DNA from: Octopus vulgaris
Lineage: Eukaryota
NCBI GenBank assembly: GCA_951406725.2
Contig: OX597828.1
Coordinates: 59,086,001 to 59,150,000, forward strand
Reading direction: 5' to 3'
DNA length: 64,000 bases
Part shown: positions 27,156-39,765 of the stretch, piece after piece
Position numbering within the stretch: position 1 is the first letter of the stretch
Layout: every line of letters begins with the position of its first letter
Notes under the pieces: generated by a model
The model's input: only the letters and a program-made list of their open reading frames with translations
Told to the model about the DNA's origin: nothing
The model's database searches: none
Made by a program: the position numbers and the translations under genes

Positions 27156-28488
27156 TACGACGGGCTTCTTTCAGTTTCCATCTACCAAATCCACCCACAA
27201 GGCTTTGGTCGGCCCGAGGCTATTGTAAATGACACTTGCCCAAGGTGTCACACAGTGGGACTGAACCCGGAACCATGTGGTTCGTAAGCAAGCTACTTAC
27301 CACACAGCCACTTCTATACCTATGCACTGTTAATCTGTATTGATACTATATTTTGATGGTATCATCAGAAAACCGCCACAGCAGTTGATAATACATAGCC
27401 CCATTGTTGTAATCAGTGTTTCTAATGTTTTATAGTAGTAACCTGTTGTATAATTGTGATAGAACATTCAAATATAACGTCACTTCATCTCTTAGCATTT
27501 AAACTGGCAATATCCAGCCCAAATATTCAACCTGTTTTATGCTCAAACTGATTAGATTTGGTCTCTTACACCTACCCTACAAGATCATATTTCTTTGCTA
27601 CCCATAAGGGGCTAAACACGGAGGGGACAAACAAGGACAGACAAACGGATTAAGTCAATTACATTGACCCCCCAATGTGTAACTGGTAGTTAATTTATCG
27701 ACCCCGAAAGGATGAAAAGCAAAGTTGACCTTGGCGGGATTTGAACTCAGATCGTAACGGCAGACGAAATACGGCTACGCATTTCACCCGGCGTGCTAAC
27801 GTTTCTGCCAGCTCGCCGCCTTGTTATTTTAAATATAGCTCAGTAAAATCCCTGTCTTCCACACATACAAGCTTGTCCTTTCAGGTGCTGGTGTCACTTA
27901 AAAAGCACCTGTGCCATTGTTGCATAAACACACCCATAACTGTGACACATAAAAATCACTCAGCACACTCTTAAGTGGTTGGTGTTAGGAAGGACACCCA
28001 GTTGTAAAATCCATGCCACAACAGACAGCTGGGGTCCAGACATCCCCACTGCTAGCCAGCTCCTTGCCAAATCATCCAACCTATGTTAGCATGGAGACTG
28101 GTTATTAAACAAGGATGATGATGATGTTAAAATCTCAAAGCTACGAGATGATTCATAATTAATTCAAGCCTATGTGAATGAATAAATGTTACATTTGACA
28201 AAAAATGTGAATTTCATTAACTACCAAAATTTTACTTGCCTGTAAATATAGTTTGGGATTGTGATTTAAATATATTTAATTTTAATGCTCTTTTACTCTT
28301 TTACTTGTTTCAGTCATTTGACTGTGGCCATGCTGGAGCACCGCCTTTAGTCGAGCAAATTGACCCCAGGACTTATTCTTTGTAAGCCTAGTACTTGTTC
28401 TATCGGTCTCTTTTTCCGAACTACTAAGTTATAGGGATGTAAACACACCAGCATTGGTTGTCAAGCGATGTTGGGGGGATAAACACAG

Positions 28489-28521
<33 letters not shown>

Positions 28522-29753
28522 CGATTGGCGTCTTTAAGCTTGTGTCTGTCAAATCCACTCGCAAGGCTTTGGTGGGCCCGAGGCTATAGTAGAAGATACT
28601 TGCCAAGGTGCCATGCTGTGGGACTGAACCCGGAACCATGTGGTTGGTAAGCAAGCTACTTATCACACAGCCACTCCTACGCCTATATGAAAAAAAAAAT
28701 CAATAATATATTCATTTGTTTCCTTTAAAATAAACTGTGCAGAAATCAATTTAATGAAGTTCACAAATTTACATAAGTTCATGTGCTATGAGAAGGAATT
28801 TGAATATTTAGGTGTGGACCATTTGTTGAGTAAAAGAAAATCAGATGATTTGGACAGTATAAGTTTGAAGACTGTATCAAAAAGAGAGAGATAACCAAAC
28901 AATTATACTATTTTGTCGGTCACACAAAGACCAAATTTTTTGCTTAGTTCAGGGATCTTATTCTTGATCTCTGTGACCATTTTCTCAATGACTGCATCAC
29001 TGCCACCCTATCACCAATGAAAAATAACTTGCTTTCACTAAGTTTCACTCTATATTGGGATACCCTTCAACAAGTGTTATTTAACTCTTTAGCGTTTAAA
29101 CCAATCATATCCAGCCCAAATATCCTACTTATTTTCTTTTCAAACCAACCAGTTTTCACCTCCCACACTTATGTTACAATGTCATTCTAAAAATAAACAA
29201 TTGCATCATCAAGTTTTTGAAGCTATGAGTTAATGCATATCTAATTCAACCCATTATGAATAAGTAGGATTTACATTTGACTGAATAATTTGAATGTTAA
29301 ATCACCTTTGACATCTCTCTTTTTACCATTATCTATTTCTTTACTACCCACAAGGGGCTAAACATAGAGGGGACAAACAAGGACAGACAAATGGATTAAG
29401 TCGATTACATCGACCCCAGTGCGTAACTGGTACTTAGTTTATTGACCCCGAAAGGATGAAAGGCAAAGTCGACCTCGGCGGAATTTGAACTCAGATCGTA
29501 ACGGCAGACAAACTACCGCTAGGCATTTCGCCCGTAGTGCTAACGTTTCTGCCAGCTCATACTAAAGTTTCTGCCCAATCTTTCTGTTGTTTTCATGGCT
29601 ATACTGTGTTTGAAATATTACTTTCTTGTCACTAATACATTTATTAATCTTTGAATTAAAGCGAGAGTAACAACAGCTGCATCTCTACCTTGTTAATGTT
29701 GGTAAATGTCTTCAAAATTTTAATTATTTCCTGATCTTAATTCACTTTTCCAG

Positions 29754-29893
29754 ATCCCTGTAAGCTGACCAAAGTAAATGTTCTCTATGTCGACTATGGC
29801 AACACTGAAGTTGTTTCAAGTGAATGTCTGCAAGAATTGCCCTACTCTCTAAGTCAACTGCCATGTCAAGCAATCTGTTGTTCCTTAGCAAAT
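29754..29893 (+). CDS. Tudor-domain protein, exon 5 (KVNVLYVDYGNTEVVSSECLQELPSTLSQLPCQAICCSLAN)
   Basis: cttttccag acceptor, AAT|gtatgt donor, phase 1 to 0. Tudor signature V.YVDYGN.E and LP.QA..C.L. Confidence 0.93.
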
Positions 29894-29945
29894 GTATGTT
29901 TCTAAATTAATTACCATTTTATATTATCTAACAATAACGATTTTA

Positions 29946-30482
29946 TTGGGTTGTCCGGAACGTTCGTGCTGATTTTTAAAGGAAAGAAAAAAAGGTCAAT
30001 AAATATTTCTCATTGCATTTTTAATCATTCAAATATGAACCATTTTGTTGCACAATGCATCTCCATCTTTTCTTTAACTTGAAAATACCCTCTTCCCAGA
30101 ATTGAGGTGGTTTCATGGCAAAGAATTTATCAAGGTATCTTTTTATGTCATCCAAGGAATTGAAATTTTTTACCATTAAGACTATTTAGCAGAGACCTGA
30201 ATAAGTGGAAATCCGAAGGAGCAATATCTGGTGAATATGGAGGGTGGGGTAACACATCCCAGCCAACATCAGTTGCCGAAAATGAACTTTCTTATCTTCC
30301 ATTTTAAAGGGTTACAAAATTAACACAGGTAATAGGAACAAACCTTCTTCCACGAAAAGATAACTTAAACTGTGCTCTAAATGGAGGTGTAGTCAAATCC
30401 TATTTTATGGTCTCTGCCAAGTTCTAAAATAAGTCGAAAGGTAAGCTACTATAAATCGGCAAGAACTTTCTGGACAACCCAA
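29946..30482 (-). mobile_element. Second internally deleted mariner copy of the same family
   Basis: Reverse-complement homologue of 14129-14670, TA-flanked TIRs, slightly different deletion junction. Confidence 0.92.
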
Positions 30483-31465
30483 TACTTATGTTGTTCTTGT
30501 ATTTGTACCAATCAGGCATCACTATTGTCATTGTCATCATCATTACCATCATCATCATCATCATCATTTCAATGTTTTCTTTTTCATGCTTGCATGGGTC
30601 AGATGGAATTTGTTGAAGTGGATTTTTTTACAGCTAAATGCTCTTCCTGATGCCAACCCTCGCCTATTTCCAATGAAGGTGGTTTATCCCCATGACCAGA
30701 CTTTGCTTTCACAGAAGACTGGAAACAAAAGGACACTGCTTGCATGACAGTGACTTTTGTTTACAACTATCACATGAAGTCAAAGCAAGGAGGCATTAAC
30801 AGATAGACACACACACACACACACACATGTATATTGTCTTCATCATCATCATCATCGTTTAACATCTGCCTTCCATGCTGGCATGGGTTGGAGGGTTTGA
30901 CAGGAGCCAGCCAGGTAGCAGACTACACCAGGCTACTGTATCTGTTTTGGTATTGTTTTTATAACTGGATGCCCTTCCTAACTCCGACCACCAGGGGGTG
31001 TTGATCTCTAATTGTAGAGGGAACATGTAGAAAGTGTAGATCCAAGAAGATGTGGAATGAAGTGGTGAGAAAGGATCTACGGATGTTAGGACTCATAGAA
31101 GGGAAGACAGAAGGACTCTTGGCGGTTTGCTGTGCTAACAAAAGCATGTCAAGCTATGTAAATGCATGGTTACTCTTGCATACAAACTCATCCGTTGCAA
31201 CCATCTTCAGCTGAGCATCTCTAATCTTGCAGGCTTGTAAGTGCTGGTGTCACATAAAAAGCACTCACTCCAGTGCTGCATAAAATTACCAAGTACATGC
31301 TGTAAAGTGGGTAGTATTAGGAAGGGCACCCAGCCATAGAAACCATGCCGAAACAGACATAGAGCCTGAACAGTCCTTTAGCTGAACAGTCCTGTCAAAC
31401 TGTCAAAGCCATGCCAGCATTGGAAAGAAATATTAAATGATGATGATGATATATGTGTGTGTGTG

Positions 31466-31500
<35 letters not shown>

Positions 31501-32381
31501 TGTTGTGTCTGGGGAGAGTAATTTTCTTTTTGTGCCTTATAATTTAACACACCCACTGGTAAAATTTCCACTTATTCCTTATTTTTATTTTCCTAACATT
31601 TTCGTTGCGTTTTGCTACTTTTAGTAGCTGACTATAATGTAATTATGCCAGTCATTGGAGATTACACCTTCCTTTCCATAACTATATTTCTTTTGTAGAC
31701 CATCCTTGTTAATTAAAAGCACTGTAAAAGAGAAAAGATAAAACAAAATCTTCCAGAAAGTGGGGATTGTTTAGGATGACAATGAAAATACCTTACAGTT
31801 ATATACATACAGAAAATGCTTAAATGTTTGAGCTACAGCTGAGACTAAGCAAGAAAACTAGAAGAACCATCAGAGCCCCTAACTTCTTCATATATTTGCA
31901 TTCAGTGTCTTTACTCTAAGAGTTTGGCTCGCATAGCTCAACAGTAGTTCATTTACCTTCTCAAAAGGGTTAAGAAACTTAGCTATAGAAATGGCAGCAT
32001 AATATTAGCAGAAGCTACTGAATGACAAGTAAATTTTTTTTCTCAGAGCTGTTAACAGTAGGTTGATATGAATTCTGTATATTAGTGAGATTATTTTGTA
32101 TGCTTACATAATACATATAGGTACACACATACACATAATTTGTGTTGCTGTGCCAAGTAACAACTAAACAATTATCTTGTGGAGATTAAAGAGCAAATTA
32201 AAAAACAAAAGTAAAAATAAATTCCACTAATTTGAGAGAGAGAGAGAGAGAGTTACTTGGTAAGTGATATATGTTTTGGGTCCTATCATTGGACCCTTTG
32301 ATTTGTTTCTGTCTCAAACTGATGCTTATAACGACATATTATTATATATATTTTACATACATTTTTTGTTTTTAATTGCAG

Positions 32382-33688
32382 ATTGCTCCTGTTGATATTA
32401 AGAATGATTGGTCAATAAACATCTCTGACATTTTTCAGAAATTAGTGTCATATTCAGTTCTGTTGTGTATTCCCAAAATTTCCTGTACAGATGGTTTGCC
32501 ACATTTAGTCCATTTGTACCCAATTGACTTCCCCAGTGCTTCCGCTTTGCAGCTCTACAGCATCAGTTTACAGCTGATCTCTAAAAATTGTGCTGTATAC
32601 ATCCCTATTTCTGAGCAAATTAATTTAATATGTAACATTCTGAAAACCTGGGTTCTATTCAATCAACAGCCATTGTTAGATTCCACTGAGGAGGACAGCA
32701 TTTCTGTGACTTCTTACAGGAAAGATGATACCACGAAAAAACAATATTATGATGGAAATATAAACCAACAAATTAGATCTGCATTTACTAAACGAATGGA
32801 GTGTTCTACAATTTATGAAGAGCCTTCTGAGGAATTTGAAGAAGAGAACTGTTTAAGTGTTAATGTTGCCGGTCAGTGTGAACATTCCACTTCTCAAACA
32901 AGTCCTGAAAAATTGAATTATCAAATAAGTTCCGAAATGTCTAATTGTCAAACAAAATCGAAAATATGCAATTCTCAGACAAGTCCTGAAAAATCTCTGT
33001 CTGACTCATCAACACTTCCATGCACTAATGTAACAACTGATAACAAAGAAGGTACATTGGAAAGTTGTTCTAGTGAACCTTTACCAAAACAATTCCAAAC
33101 CACTGACACATCTATCAAAAAATGCAACACAATCAGCTCAGATACTGAGAAAATACACGAAGTTGTATTTTCATATGTTTCAACTCCTTCTGATTTCTAT
33201 GTTTATGTAATAAACTCTGCAACTATTGAGAGGCTTGCAGATCTTGTCCAAAGTCTTAATGAAAAGTTCTTGAGCCTAAAACCAACTGAACTCTTAGAAC
33301 TCTCTGAAACCTTGAAAATTGAGATCAATTCTTTATGCTGTTGTTATGACAAAACTGACCAATCTTACCATCGAGGCATTATTATTGACTTCAAATCTGC
33401 TCAGAAACCAAATAAAATGTCTGTTAAGGTTTTCTACATGGATTATGGATATATTGCCTGGATTTCAAGAAAGCACATTTACCCCTTGAATATAGCTTAT
33501 AAAAAGTTTCCTGCATTAGCTGTGCATTGTACATTGGCTAGAATATGTCCTGTTGGTCAAAAGCCACATCCTAGCGATACATACATCTGGCCAGAAAAGG
33601 CCAAGAAAGCATTCAAGAAAAATATCAACTTCAAAGATTCTTATGTCATGAAGATTGTATCTGGAAATCTGCCATCAACATCATTTAG
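32382..33688 (+). CDS. Tudor-domain protein, exon 6 (end of eTudor 1, S/T-rich linker, extended Tudor 2)
   Basis: 1307-nt open frame within ORF 32376..33692, ttgcag acceptor, AG|gtaaaa donor, phase 0 to 2. Motifs VVFSYVSTPSDFYVY, YHRGII, VFYMDYG, FPALAVHCTLARICP, WPEKAKKAF. Confidence 0.93.
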
Positions 33689-34485
33689 GTAAAAGAATTA
33701 ACCACTTTCACTCATTTGTCATTACCACCATCACTATCATCACTTTTATATCTGTTTTTTTTCTTTCAGGCTTGCATAGCTTTGTCTTTACAGTCTTTCA
33801 ACACTTGTATCCCTTCCTCATCTTCTTTGTGAGGGTCAACAATCTTTGATCTGCCCTTACCATTTCTACATTTGCTTCTTACAGTCCTTCTCTTTCTCAT
33901 TTTCTTTCCAGTTGGATCATCTACCACTTCTTCAACCAACTATCATTATAGGTACGTGGCCGATGCCAGTGCCACCTTGACTGGCCTCTGTGCCAGTGGC
34001 ATGTAAAAAGCACCCACTACACTCATGGAGTGGTTGGCATTAGGAAGGACATCCAGCTGTAGAAACACTGCCAGATCAGACTGGAGCCTGGTGCAGCCTT
34101 CTGGCTTCCCAGACCCCGGTCGAACCGTCCAACCCATGCTAGCATGGAAAGCGGACGTTAAACAATGATGATGATGATGATTGCATCACCATATCAGCAC
34201 AGTTTATCTGATTCCTACTTTACTCATTTTTCTTTCAGCTCACCTGCACCTCGTTAGTTTACATAATCTAACATTACACAGCCAATAGAGTATGCTCACT
34301 TCATTGTTTTACATTCTCAGTTCATTCTCTGGCACAGACATGGGTGTGTGGTAAGAAACTTGCTTCCCAACCACATAGTTCCAGGTTCAGTCCCACTGCA
34401 TGGCACCTTGGAGAAATTTCTTAGCATTGGGTTAACCAAAGCCTTGTCAGTGGTTTTGGTACATGGAAACTGAAATAAGCCTATG

Positions 34486-34530
<45 letters not shown>

Positions 34531-34537
34531 TATATAT

Positions 34538-36212
34538 GCGTGCCATGTACAGGGACGCTGTTAGTAAGGTGAGGGTTGGCAACGAGTACAGTGAAGAATT
34601 CTGGGTGGAGGTTGGGGTCCACCAAGGCTCAGTCCTCAGCCCCCTCCTATTTATCATAGTCCTCCAGGCAATAACGGAGGAATTCAAGACAGGATGCCCC
34701 TGGGAGCTCCTCTATGCTGATGACCTTGCTCTAATTGCTGAATCGCTATCAGAACTCGAGGAGAAGTTTCAGGTGTGGAAGCAAGGATTAGAATCGAAGG
34801 GCCTTAGAGTCAATCTAGCTAAAACCAAAGTTCTAATAAGTAGGAAGGTAGACAAATCACAAACGCCTTCAGGTAGATGGCCCTGCTCGATCTGTAGAAA
34901 AGGCGTAGGTAGGAACTCTATAAGATGCACCAAGTGTAAGCTATGGACACATAAAAGGTGCAGCAATGTCAAAGGAAGGCTAACTAGGAATATAGCTTTT
35001 GTATGTGGCAGATGCTCGGGAGCACTAAACACTGAAAATGCGCAGAGACCATCTTCCGCCACATTCCAGGGAGAAAAACTAGAAATAGTTGATAGTTTAC
35101 GTTACCTAGGTGATCAAGTCAGTAGCGGGGATGGGTCTGCCAAAAGCGTAACTGCTAGAGTAAGAATAGCCTGGGCAAAGTTCAGAGAGCTCTTACCTCT
35201 GCTGGTGACAAAAGGCCTCTCGCTCAGAGTAAAAGGCAGACTGTATGATGCATGTGTACGAACAGCCATGCTACATGGCAGTGAAACATGGGCTGTGACT
35301 GCTGAAGATATGCGTAAGCTCGCAAGAAATAAAGCCAGTATGCTCCGATGGATGTGTAATGTCAGTGTTCAGACCCGACAGAGTGTAAGTGCCTTGAGAG
35401 AAAAGTTGGACCTAAGAAGCATCAGATGTGGTGTGCAAGAGAGACATCTACGCTGGTATGGACACGTGGTAAGAATGGATGAAGATAGTTGTTTGAAAAA
35501 GTGCCACACCCTAGCGGTTGAGGGAACCTATGGAAGAGGTAGACCCAGGAAAACCTGGGACGAGGTGGTGAAACACGACCTTCGCTCTTTAGGTCTCACC
35601 GAGGAAATGACCAGAGACTGAGACCATTGGAAGTATGCTGTGCGTGAGAAGACCCGGCAGGACAAGTGAGGCCACAACACGTGGCCCCTACCTGGGACAT
35701 AGTCAGTCCACCTGTGCATACCTTCCTTCTTGGGACACATAACTCTACTTGTGAAGACCTGTTGAGGCAAGTGAAAATCAAAGAATCAAATCAAAATCGA
35801 AATCGATCAACATCAATGGAATTTGTAGTTTTTGGTACCAGTGCCGGTGGCACATAAGAGAGCCATCCGAATGTGGCCGTAGCCAGCACTGCATCGACTG
35901 GCCTCCATGCTGGTGGCACGTAATAAATACCATTCGATCGTGGCCGTGCCAGCCTCGCCTGGCCTCTGTGCCTGTGGCACATAAAAAACACCATCCGAGC
36001 ATGGCTGTTCGCCAGCCTCGTCTGGCACCTGTGTCGGTGGCACGTAAAAAGCACCCACTACACTCACGGAGTGGTTGGCGTTAGGAAGGGCATCCAGCTG
36101 TCGAAACACTGCCAGATCTGACTGGCCTGGTGCAGCCTTCGGGCTTCCCAGACTCCAGTTGAACCGTCCAACTTATGCCAGCATAGAAAGTGGACGTTAA
36201 ACGATGATGAGG
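34538..36212 (+). mobile_element. 5'-truncated RTE-clade LINE (RT C-half with PHD-like Cys/His insert, 3' UTR, (GAT)n tail)
   Basis: GVHQGSVLSPLLF, LLYADD, CSICRKGVGRNSIRCTKCKLWTHKRC, RLRWYGHV-like motifs. Premature TGA at 35619. Inserted in the (TA)n of a SINE. Confidence 0.93.
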
Positions 36213-36735
36213 ATATATATATATATATTAATCTTGCTATATATGTGTGTGTGTGCATGTTGATGTGTTTACATCCCCATAACTTAGCAGTTTGGCGTAA
36301 GAGAGCAATAGAATAAGTACTAGGCTTAAAAAAAAAAGTCCTGTGGTCAACTTGTTCAACTAAAACCCTTCAAGGCAGTGCTTCAACATAGTCATAGTCA
36401 AACGACTGAAACAAGTAAAAGATAAAAGATAACTGCTCATGTTTCTCTACTTTGGTAGCGTACACTTTGTACATATGCATCTTAGAATCTACTCTTCATT
36501 TCAAGAGTTATCTTTTGCTATCAATGTAGGCAATGACTTCTTGTCCCCATTCTCATTATCATGTTTTCACAATACTTAATTCACATAAGTAATAAATTAT
36601 TAAGTGTTACTCAAGAAGACCTGTCCCCCACAACAGAAGTGTTAAGGCCACAACTTCTGGTGAACAAGATTGGCCTGCAAGAGTACTGTGTCAGTGTCAC
36701 ATAAAAGCGATTGTGCTGGTGGCACATTAAGAGCA

Positions 36736-37045
36736 GTGGAGGCACATGGCTTAGTGGTTAGAGCAGCGGACTCGCGGTCAAGGGACCGTGGGTTCGAATT
36801 TCAGACTGGACGATATGTGTGTTTATGAGCGAAACACCTAAGCTCTACGCGGCCCCGGCAGAAGGTAATGGCAAAACTTCTGCTGACTCTTTCGCTACAA
36901 CTTTCTCTCACTCTTTTCTCCTGCAGCTTGCAGCTCACCTGCGATGGACTGGTGTCCTGTCCAGGTGGGGAACCTATACGTCAAGAAACCAGGAAACTGG
37001 CCCTTATGAGCCAGGCATGGCTTGAGAAGGAACAAACAACAAACA
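36736..37045 (+). mobile_element. tRNA-derived SINE with (AAAC)n tail
   Basis: TGGCTTAGTGG A box, GGTTCGAAT B box, 12-bp TSD ACATTAAGAGCA at 36724 and 37046. Confidence 0.85.
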
Positions 37046-37627
37046 ACATTAAGAGCACCCAGTACACACTGTAAAGTGTTTGGCATTAGGAAGGACATCC
37101 ATAGAAACTAAACCAAATTTAAACCGGGTCCTAGTGCAGCTCCTCAGCTTACCAAACTATGTTGGCAGGGAAAATGTATGTCAAAGGATGATGATGATGA
37201 TGATGCTGATGATGATTCTATGTAGCTTAATGAGTATTAGCAATAATTGATTTCATTTAGTGCTCTTGCTGCTAATTACTCCCGTGCATTAATTGCTTAA
37301 AGAGTCTAATTCTTTGTTAGTTATTTTGTGATTCCACCACAATTTCTACGCATCGTACTCAGTTTGCATTTCAAAGATATGTATAAGTATTCTTTTATTC
37401 TTTTACTTGTCTCAGTCGTTTGACTATGGCCATGCTGGAGCACTGCCTTTAGTCGAACCAACTGACCCCAGTTTGTAAGCCTGGTACTTATTTTATTGGT
37501 TGATTTTGCTGAACTGCTAAGTTATAGGGACGTAAACACACCAACATTGGTTGTCAAGTAATGGTGGGGGGATGACAAACACAGACACACAAATACATAC
37601 ACAGACACACACACACACACTCACACC

Positions 37628-37658
<31 letters not shown>

Positions 37659-37745
37659 AGAGTTTATGAAAAAAACAAAAGACAAAGATAGGTGGTGTAC
37701 AAAACAAACAGATGTATTAGTATAACACTCAGGAATAGAAAAAGT

Positions 37746-37781
37746 CTTTTACGTTTCAAGCCTACGCTCTTCTACAGAAAG
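37746..37781 (-). ncRNA. Minimal hammerhead-like motif, second copy of the 18027 family (element 37656-37812)
   Basis: CTTT-CTGTAGA-AGAGCGTAGGCTT-GAAA-CG-TA-AAAG. Flanks are closely similar to 18027-18185. Confidence 0.5.
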
Positions 37782-37929
37782 GGACACAGAAAAAACAAGG
37801 AGAGAAAAAAAATGTGTGTATATATATATGATGGGCTTCTTTCAGTTTCCGTCTACAAAATCCACTCACAATGCTTTGGTTGGCCCAAGGCTACAATAGA
37901 AGATGTTTGCCGAAGGTGTCACACGGTGG

Positions 37930-38445
37930 GACTGTTGCCAGACATTGGGTCTTCCAGCAGTCACCTTCTTGGCCCAGGGAAGCACTACCTCCTCCAGGCA
38001 CTTGATGTAGGCCTCCATGGGAAGATGAGGCTATGTGGGAAGATGAATGGAGGTATAACGTTGCCACCACTAGTGATCACTCCAAATACCATGATGTTGA
38101 CTGGATGTTTGATTTTTATCGCTCTCGGTACATGTTTTGGGGACACAGCAAGCCAATGGTTGTTCTGTGTGTTCACCATCTGATCCTGGCTGAAATTTTT
38201 CTCATCTGAGAACTATGTTCGGTTAATATACTTTTCATGTGTATGTGTGTGGCCTTCATAGTGTGGGTGTGTGGCCTTTCCTCTTGCTCTTGATGGCTTA
38301 AGATAAAAATTGGCCCTTTCTCATCTTGTATGAGGAATATTGAATGTCTTCATGTAGTACCTTGCTTGATAAGAAACTCAGATACTCCCACATACATGGT
38401 GATGGACCTGATTGTCAATCATGCTCTGGATCTCACTAACAAATC
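37930..38445 (-). mobile_element. Tc1/mariner-superfamily (maT/DD37D-like) transposase fragment
   Basis: FSDEK-like start then NTQNNHWLA...KHPVNIMVFGVITSGGNVIPPFIF. Confidence 0.7.
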
Positions 38446-39170
38446 CAGGTTCTAATCTGATTTGGTAAGGTTTCTACAGCTGGATGCCCTTCCTAATGCC
38501 AACCACTCTGAGAGTGTAGTGGGTGTCTTTTATGTGCCACCGGCATGAGTGCCACTGACACTGGCATTGGCCACAATTATGGTCTCACTTGGTTTGATAG
38601 GTCAACACAAATATGGTATATGTATATATATGTATATATATACGTGTGTATGTTTTATTTGTTTCAGTCATTTGACTGTGGCAATACTGGTGCACTGCCT
38701 TTAGTCAATCAAATTGATCCTAGGGCTTATCCCTTGTAAGCCTAGTACTTATTCTATCAGCTCTTTTGCTGAACTGCTAAGTTATGGGGACGTAAACACT
38801 CCAAATTCAGTTATCAAGCGATGCCGGGGGCACAAACACAGGCACACAAACATATACATATATACAACGGGGTTCTTTCAGTTTCTGTCTCCCAAATCCA
38901 CTCACAAGGCTTTGGTCACAACACACTTGCCCATGGTACCATGCTGTGGGACTGAACCTGGAATCATGTGATTGGTAAGCAAGCTCCTTACCACACAGCC
39001 CCTCCTAAATAAATATGTAATGAGTTCTATGCTTTCATGCCTTGAGCACATGACTGAAATATTTACCACTGAAGAGAAAATCAAATTTACTTAAATCAAA
39101 TTACTTTACCTGTAAACTTGTTGTTTAAAAGCTATTAAAATAGTCCTGTTTATTTCTTTTTGTGCTGTAG

Positions 39171-39316
39171 TTTTCAACAATATCTGAGTCCACCATTACA
39201 AGTTTTGATTGCAACGTTGAGTGATAAGAAAACAGAAAGTGCCCAGAATGCAGAAATCTGTATCAACTATGAAATGGTTCGATTGAACCATGCAACACTT
39301 ACAGAGAAGTCTGCAG
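39171..39316 (+). CDS. Tudor-domain protein, exon 7 (PPLQVLIATL...EICINYEMVRLNHATL)
   Basis: ttctttttgtgctgtag acceptor, CAG|gtaggg donor, phase 2 to 1. The 'IN..LV..G/N.A' motif marks an eTudor C-terminal helix. Confidence 0.85.
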
Positions 39317-39469
39317 GTAGGGTGTCAAATGCTATGTTTTGCTACTTACAGATTGTCTCATGTATGTACTGCTGTTCATATGCAAACCCTCTCACTCACT
39401 CATACATACTCACATACGCACACACACACACATGCATGCACACACACACATGCATGCATGCACACACAC

Positions 39470-39765
39470 ATCATTATCTATGGAGGTCCTGCTGCTGGAT
39501 GCCTGTATCCCTGGAGATTACATCAGGGTAGGAAAGTGTGCACCCTCTGGTATCGTGAGCAGATGGCTTCCAGAGGAGAAGAGTAGAAATTACCTTGTTT
39601 TCAGCTCTACAACAATGTCCAGCAAACTGGACTCTTCTACCTTTCACAAGAGATGATACAGGTGGTAATTTCTTCCCATATATTTGTACTTTGGTTGGAT
39701 GACGCTTCCATGAGAGATTTTGAGCTCTCATGAGGAGGTGAGTGTAAGTGTGTTGTAGGAACATT
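39470..39765 (-). mobile_element. RTE-like RT C-terminal fragment (third family)
   Basis: LLMRAQNLSWKRHPT..QIYG.LPPVS..VKGRRVQFAGHC.R. Confidence 0.7.

Noticed and set aside
34488-35621. 377-aa ORF as a host gene or active LINE
   Set aside because: 5'-truncated RTE with its start in a microsatellite and a premature stop.
35840-36060. CRISPR-like repeat/spacer array
   Set aside because: Spacers are mutually related, the array is part of a LINE 3' UTR in eukaryotic DNA, and there are no cas genes.
36738-36812. tRNA gene
   Set aside because: tRNA-like A/B boxes are the head of a TSD-flanked SINE. The same applies to other SINE heads.
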